Below are positions 24,193-28,826 of a stretch of 28,826 nt of DNA, in pieces. The DNA is taken from the IMG/VR virus record IMGVR_UViG_3300031628_000027, positions 1 to 28,826 of that record; one strand, 5' to 3'. The notes beneath the pieces were generated by a model. It saw only the letters and a list, made by a program, of their open reading frames with translations. It made no database searches and was not told the origin of the DNA. The stretch is from a virus (Duplodnaviria; Caudoviricetes). A program made the translations under genes and the position numbers. Position 1 is the stretch's first letter. Each line of letters starts with the position of its first letter.

Positions 24193-24940
24193 GTGTAAAT
24201 AACTCCGTGTAATTTTTATTCTTGCCTTTAGACTTTAGTAATTGGTTTACTAATTCATTATTATTTATACTTGTCTTTAAAGTAGCAAAAGGGATATAGC
24301 CAAGTCTTAGTGAGGGATCTCCCCTTTCTGGAAGTCCCAACCTGTCTTGTAGTTTTTGTCTAACTGTTTCTGCTTTATCCTCAAATCTTGTTACTTGATC
24401 TTGAGGCAAAGTATCACCTAGCCAACACATAAATCCAGGACGTGCAAACTCCTGAGGCTGGTATTGTTCTTCAGCAATATCTAAATCATTAGAGAAAACG
24501 ATCTCTGCAAAATGTTTGCCTACATGTGAATAATTAATATACAATGTTCCAAAGTCTCTATTTAACGTGAACTCAGGATAATCATCTTTACCTATTACCA
24601 TTTGAGCATTAGGGTCTCCAAACATGTATCCCCATCTTGGAGGATAACCATTAGTTATTAGCTCATGATAGTGAATAAGATTGTTAAGTCTGCTGTGGTC
24701 CTCTGATGGCTCCCTATATGAAGCGAATATTTCGTGTAGCTCATTCATACCTTTTGTCGTATCCATTTTCAACATGAACGCCAGCTTGTCTATTTCATCT
24801 TTTACTTGGGTTTCTGTTTCACCCATGAAATAGAATTCCTTTGAGGTATTTTCGTTAGTACCAAAGAAAGCAGCGAACCTTTGAGCTACTGGGGTGTCAA
24901 GGACTTCCCACTCTATGTCGTTAAAATTTAAAGTCTTCAT
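24185..24940 (-). CDS. Hypothetical protein
   Basis: About 250-aa ORF. The likely start is MKTLNF at 24940; the ORF track starts at 24961. Confidence 0.6.
   Translation of the reverse strand: MKTLNFNDIEWEVLDTPVAQRFAAFFGTNENTSKEFYFMGETETQVKDEIDKLAFMLKMDTTKGMNELHEIFASYREPSEDHSRLNNLIHYHELITNGYPPRWGYMFGDPNAQMVIGKDDYPEFTLNRDFGTLYINYSHVGKHFAEIVFSNDLDIAEEQYQPQEFARPGFMCWLGDTLPQDQVTRFEDKAETVRQKLQDRLGLPERGDPSLRLGYIPFATLKTSINNNELVNQLLKSKGKNKNYTELFTHD
24262..24269 (-). promoter_or_regulatory. Possible internal late promoter TATAAATA
   Basis: Exact match inside the upstream CDS, about 70 nt before the EF-hand membrane protein start. Confidence 0.5.
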
Positions 24941-26297
24941 ACTTTTTTTCCGTTTTTCCACGATCGAATACAGGAATGTCTATATTCGCATCAGTAAGTT
25001 GTTGTTGTGCAGACTCATCAAGGTCGTATAGTTTCATTCTAGCTCTATCAACACCTATCATAAATCGTTTGTTTCTTGTAGGATCAGCATATCTGTTTTT
25101 CAACTGTTTAATCATAAACTGCCCCATTTGTTCTAGTTCTTCTGTACTAATAATAGCAAACATTAAGTCTGCTGTAGCAGGAAGACCAAAACTCTCAGAA
25201 GTATCTGTTAATGAGACATCACTATTATCGTAACCACCTCTTGTTGTTTGTGTAGCACTTACAATAGGAACGTCTTGTTCAACAGCCAACCCTCTAAGCT
25301 CTTCTGCTATACTCTTAATAACTGTATAAGAGTTAGCGCTACTCCCAGGCCTAAATCGACTACTAGAACATATATTCAAATAGTCAATGAATATAATGTC
25401 TGGGAAGAAACTTCTTTTTAATTTCAGTTCATTTATTAAAGATTTAAAATGTCCACTATGTGCAGATGCTGTAGGGTATTCCTTAATAATAAGTCTACCT
25501 TCTATCTTATCATTAATCTTTTTAATCCTATCATCATACATTGCCTTAGATAAATCTTTTAACTCTCCAATAGGCATGTTCATTAAGTTAGCGTCTATAC
25601 GTTCAGCAATTCTTTCTTCGGACATTTCTAGTGTTATATAGAGTACATTTTTACCCTTAGAGATTGCTGCCGACGCCATATGACACATAAACAGGGACTT
25701 ACCAACACCAGTGCCTGCTAGTGCTATGTTTAAAGTTTTATTGCTTAAACCGCCTTCTGTTATTCTATTAAACATATCTAGATCAAACTCTACCTTTTCT
25801 TCTAACCTATGATAGAAGTCATATCGTTTCTCAGCATCTTCAATAAAATCATGTCCAATGTTCGTATCAAATCCTACAGCCAATGCCTCAGACAAAATAC
25901 TAGGCAAAGCATCTGTAGATTTGTCTTTATCTTTACCATCTATAATTTGTATAGATTCCATTACTCCTAAATACAGAGCTTTATCCTTACAGAATTTTTC
26001 AGTCTCGTCTATTAGCCAATCCCTGTTAACCTCATCACCATTTAAAGTGTTAATAAGTTCTAAGCATTGTTCATGACTGGATTCATTTAAAGTAGTATCC
26101 TCATTAACAGCCAATAGTATTGCTTGTTTGCTAGGAGGATTGTTATACTTTTCTACAAAGTCATGTATAATCTTAAATACCTTCTGATCTTCATACTGCA
26201 TGAAGTATTCAGGCTTTAGAAAAGGAATAACCTTACGAACATACTGATCGTCCTTAACTAAATTTTCTAGGATTACTTGTTCAATTCTGTTCTTCAA
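24921..26297 (-). CDS. T4 gp41-like replicative DNA helicase
   Basis: LAGTGVGKS Walker A, YITLEMSEE, IFIDYLN, SATQTTRGG, SESFGLPATAD and QLKNRY motifs. TTG start. Confidence 0.96.
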   Translation of the reverse strand: MKNRIEQVILENLVKDDQYVRKVIPFLKPEYFMQYEDQKVFKIIHDFVEKYNNPPSKQAILLAVNEDTTLNESSHEQCLELINTLNGDEVNRDWLIDETEKFCKDKALYLGVMESIQIIDGKDKDKSTDALPSILSEALAVGFDTNIGHDFIEDAEKRYDFYHRLEEKVEFDLDMFNRITEGGLSNKTLNIALAGTGVGKSLFMCHMASAAISKGKNVLYITLEMSEERIAERIDANLMNMPIGELKDLSKAMYDDRIKKINDKIEGRLIIKEYPTASAHSGHFKSLINELKLKRSFFPDIIFIDYLNICSSSRFRPGSSANSYTVIKSIAEELRGLAVEQDVPIVSATQTTRGGYDNSDVSLTDTSESFGLPATADLMFAIISTEELEQMGQFMIKQLKNRYADPTRNKRFMIGVDRARMKLYDLDESAQQQLTDANIDIPVFDRGKTEKKYEDFKF

Positions 26298-26457
26298 TTT
26301 TTATTACCTTGCTATATTCATTATATACATCTTTAACACATGTCTCGCATATATAAAGATCCTGTTCTTCGGTGTGGAAACAGTAGGACTTATCATTCTT
26401 GCCTAACTCTTTCTCACACTTATCACACTTTATCGTATTCTTGTTGAATATCTTCAT
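26281..26457 (-). CDS. Small zinc-finger protein (58 aa, not in the ORF track)
   Basis: Reads MKIFNKNTIKCDKCEKELGKNDKSYCFHTEEQDLYICETCVKDVYNEYSKVIKIEEQN*, with two CxxC motifs. It fills the uvsX-helicase gap and overlaps both genes. Confidence 0.7.
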   Translation of the reverse strand: MKIFNKNTIKCDKCEKELGKNDKSYCFHTEEQDLYICETCVKDVYNEYSKVIKIEEQN

Positions 26458-27496
26458 CTGATACTTCCTCCGCCATCATCTCTACAGAGCCAATTGTATA
26501 TCTTGCCTTAACCCACTCTGAGAATCTCGTGTCTGATAGTATCGGAAGCCAAAAGTCTTTACCTAGATCTTTTAATCTAAATTTAACGTCTGCTACTTCT
26601 CCTGTGTCAGGATCTATTTTCTGATACCAACCATTACTAGGTTTAATTACAAAGCCTCCTTCCATAGCCATGTCTAATAGACCAGACCATTTGCTTATGC
26701 CGTTCTCCCATGTAACATCAACAACAATTTTAGACTTCTCTCTAACAAACCTAGACTTTTCTACGTTAATTACAAAATCATATCCTGTAACCTCTGTGCC
26801 TGTTTTTTGTTGTCGTCTACCAATAATAAAAATGTTATCTGCTGAGTAATATATTCCTGTGCCACCACTAACAACATCTTTAGGAAACAATCCTATTTCT
26901 TTGTATGTGTGGTTAACAACAATTGCTGGGATATCTTTAATAGTCAGGTGAGGAGTTACCATTCTAAATAAGGATTTCATTTGTTTAGCTCTTGTCATGT
27001 CAGCTACGGATTTACCTTCTAACGCATCTTCTACTTCTTTCTTAGAAGCTAAGTTACCAACCGAGTCAACAACAATCATTAGATGGTCTTCTCTTTCAAC
27101 ACCATTTAACTGTTGCATTATATCATGTTTCAACTGTTCTATATCTGAGATAGGTGTATGTAATATTTTCTTAGTATCAATATCAAATGTCTCAAAATAA
27201 GATTGAGGAGCTCCAAACTCTGAGTCGTAAAACAATACCACTCCATCTTCATATTTGTCCTGGAACGCTTTAATTAACAACATAGCAAATGCTGTCTTAA
27301 AATGTTTACTAGGACCTGCAAATACTGTAAGTCCAGGTGTTAGTCCACCATCTAATCTCCCACTCAATGCAACATTAACTGCTGGTACTGAGGTTTGTAT
27401 TAGATCCTTTTCTCCAAAGAATTTACTCTCTGTTAGAATAGCTGTTTCTTTAATTGTAGAATTCTTCTGCAATCGCTCTGTTAAATTACCCATCAT
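26423..27496 (-). CDS. uvsX: UvsX RecA-like recombinase
   Basis: NVALSG, AGPSKHFKT Walker A, FYDSEFG, VDSVGNLASKKE, DMTRAK and SGGTG motifs. Confidence 0.96.
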   Translation of the reverse strand: MMGNLTERLQKNSTIKETAILTESKFFGEKDLIQTSVPAVNVALSGRLDGGLTPGLTVFAGPSKHFKTAFAMLLIKAFQDKYEDGVVLFYDSEFGAPQSYFETFDIDTKKILHTPISDIEQLKHDIMQQLNGVEREDHLMIVVDSVGNLASKKEVEDALEGKSVADMTRAKQMKSLFRMVTPHLTIKDIPAIVVNHTYKEIGLFPKDVVSGGTGIYYSADNIFIIGRRQQKTGTEVTGYDFVINVEKSRFVREKSKIVVDVTWENGISKWSGLLDMAMEGGFVIKPSNGWYQKIDPDTGEVADVKFRLKDLGKDFWLPILSDTRFSEWVKARYTIGSVEMMAEEVSDEDIQQEYDKV

Positions 27497-28244
27497 CTCT
27501 CCTTCTTTTGTTAGCCTCTACGGCTGTGTTCATTATATTATGTAAATTATAGCATAGGCTAGAAGCATGAGTCAAGTCCTTTGGTAAACAAGTACCACCA
27601 AAACCTTCCTTATTATCTGGACCAGGAACAGCCCAATGTGTTCCCCCTAAATTTACGTCAGATTCTAAAAATACTCTTAGTACATTATAATCCATTTCTA
27701 GGAAACTATCACACATTTCCTTAAAGTCATTTGCCAATGCAACTTTCATTGCTAGTGCAGCGTTTCGTGCCATTTTCATCATAGATGCTTCTTGAGGGCG
27801 AACAATAAAAATTTCCTTAGGTGAACTAGTATTCTTAATCCACTCATTAAATAAGTTAACTTCACTGCTACCTACTACAATTGGCAAGTCCATATCATCT
27901 ACGTCCTCTTGCCAATGTCTTTCTCTCAAAAACTCTGGCATTACGATTGCTCCATTTTCTCTTGCATACTTTAAACATTGATCTGGACCTATTGTACTTC
28001 TTATAATAATTTGTACGTCTCTAGGTATTTCTGCGATCACACTATCTATAATACTAATGTCTAATCTGCCATCATTTAGGTTAGTAGGAACACATATAAA
28101 GGCAAAATCAATATCTTTCCAGTCTTTAATAACTTTGTCTTGAAATTTATCATGTATCTGTATTACTGAGTCTTTGGTATATTTGTTTAAAAAATATTCC
28201 GTAGCTTTTCCTACAAATCCATAACCTACTATGGCTACATTCAT
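27486..28244 (-). CDS. UDP-glucose/GDP-mannose 6-dehydrogenase-like protein (short)
   Basis: IVGYGFVG Rossmann motif, FICVPT, RSTIGP, PEFLRE and catalytic GFGGTCLPKD. The start is likely the ATG at 28244 (ATGA overlap). Confidence 0.88.
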   Translation of the reverse strand: MNVAIVGYGFVGKATEYFLNKYTKDSVIQIHDKFQDKVIKDWKDIDFAFICVPTNLNDGRLDISIIDSVIAEIPRDVQIIIRSTIGPDQCLKYARENGAIVMPEFLRERHWQEDVDDMDLPIVVGSSEVNLFNEWIKNTSSPKEIFIVRPQEASMMKMARNAALAMKVALANDFKEMCDSFLEMDYNVLRVFLESDVNLGGTHWAVPGPDNKEGFGGTCLPKDLTHASSLCYNLHNIMNTAVEANKRRRDDG

Positions 28245-28390
28245 ACCATTTCCTCTACAACACCAAGTGTCTCGGCTAGTATTAATAATCCACCTGCCAT
28301 TGGCAAGTCTCCTAACATAAGATAACATCCTGCGATAATTCTAATACCGCTCTTAATCATACTTACTATAAAATGTCCGTCTATGTTCAT
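28241..28390 (-). CDS. Small membrane protein
   Basis: MNIDGHFIVSMIKSGIRI...AETLGVVEEMV. The ATG at 28390 overlaps the gp43 stop. Confidence 0.6.
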   Translation of the reverse strand: MNIDGHFIVSMIKSGIRIIAGCYLMLGDLPMAGGLLILAETLGVVEEMV

Positions 28391-28826
28391 GAAAATAAAT
28401 CCTCTAATGTTGCTTGAGGCTCTGTATTCCACCCCAAAGGTTGTAAAATGTTTTCCAAAGGATCTGTAAATGCCTTCTGGAATATTAAGTCGTAGTCTAC
28501 ATATTTGTTTAAGTCAAACTCTTTAGGGAGCTTACCGATAAAAGCTATTGTATTTTCATGTAGACTGTTAGGTTCTTTTAAATACAAAAATTTAATTTTA
28601 TCGCCGTCTTGTATCATCTCATACTTTCGTTTAAGATCATGTTTCTTCATCAAGTCATTATATAGTAAAGAACCTCGAACGTGAATAGGAGTTCCTTTAG
28701 TGTATATGTGAGATGTAGACTTGTATTTTTCTAAGTTGTTACAGCCTCGAGGAAACGCTATTTCCTCAGGAGTCTTAGACATAAAGTCTGTTCTAGCATT
28801 AAGTATAAAACCTTGTAAGTGTTCTT
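28387..28826 (-). CDS. T4 gp43-like family B DNA polymerase, C-terminal part
   Basis: IAFPRG, KGTPIHVRG, GDKIKFLYLKEPN and YVDYD motifs, plus the C-terminal clamp-binding ATLEDLF. The frame is open to the window edge. Confidence 0.95.
   Translation of the reverse strand, partial: EHLQGFILNARTDFMSKTPEEIAFPRGCNNLEKYKSTSHIYTKGTPIHVRGSLLYNDLMKKHDLKRKYEMIQDGDKIKFLYLKEPNSLHENTIAFIGKLPKEFDLNKYVDYDLIFQKAFTDPLENILQPLGWNTEPQATLEDLFS

Noticed and set aside
1-28826. Stop-codon reassignment (alternative genetic code)
   Set aside because: Core genes are full length in the standard code, TAG, TGA and TAA all terminate genes at expected positions, and the only tRNA is not a suppressor.

Overview
This window is a fragment of a large T4-like myovirus genome. 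It is AT-rich, densely coding, uses the standard genetic code, and all credible genes lie on the minus strand. The host is probably Gram-negative, given the i-/o-spanin pair and sigma70 consensus promoters. In transcription order (right to left) it contains: the gp43 DNA polymerase C-terminus, a UDP-sugar dehydrogenase, uvsX and the gp41 helicase; accessory and early genes with tRNA-Thr(UGU); a TagD-like cytidylyltransferase and a glycosyltransferase; then a late-promoter block. That block holds a His-rich RNA-ligase-like protein with a His-rich HxGH nucleotidyltransferase, spanins, internal-head polyproteins, a B12-radical SAM enzyme and virion proteins. After it come the gp61 primase, thyX, nrdA, SGNH-like and QueC-like inserts, nrdB, a cupin and a GIY-YIG nuclease. 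Four observations stand out. (1) A candidate programmed -1 frameshift cassette (SD-like TAAGGA, A10 run, 3' hairpin) at 14224-14281 would fuse two internal-head polyprotein ORFs. (2) A candidate capsid-packaged, protease-processed injected-cargo system has T4-CTS-like N-termini and includes a ligase/nucleotidyltransferase pair. (3) Several late promoters are positioned to give leaderless transcripts. (4) A possible structured RNA lies upstream of the tRNA. All assignments come from motif recognition by eye; no database searches were run.
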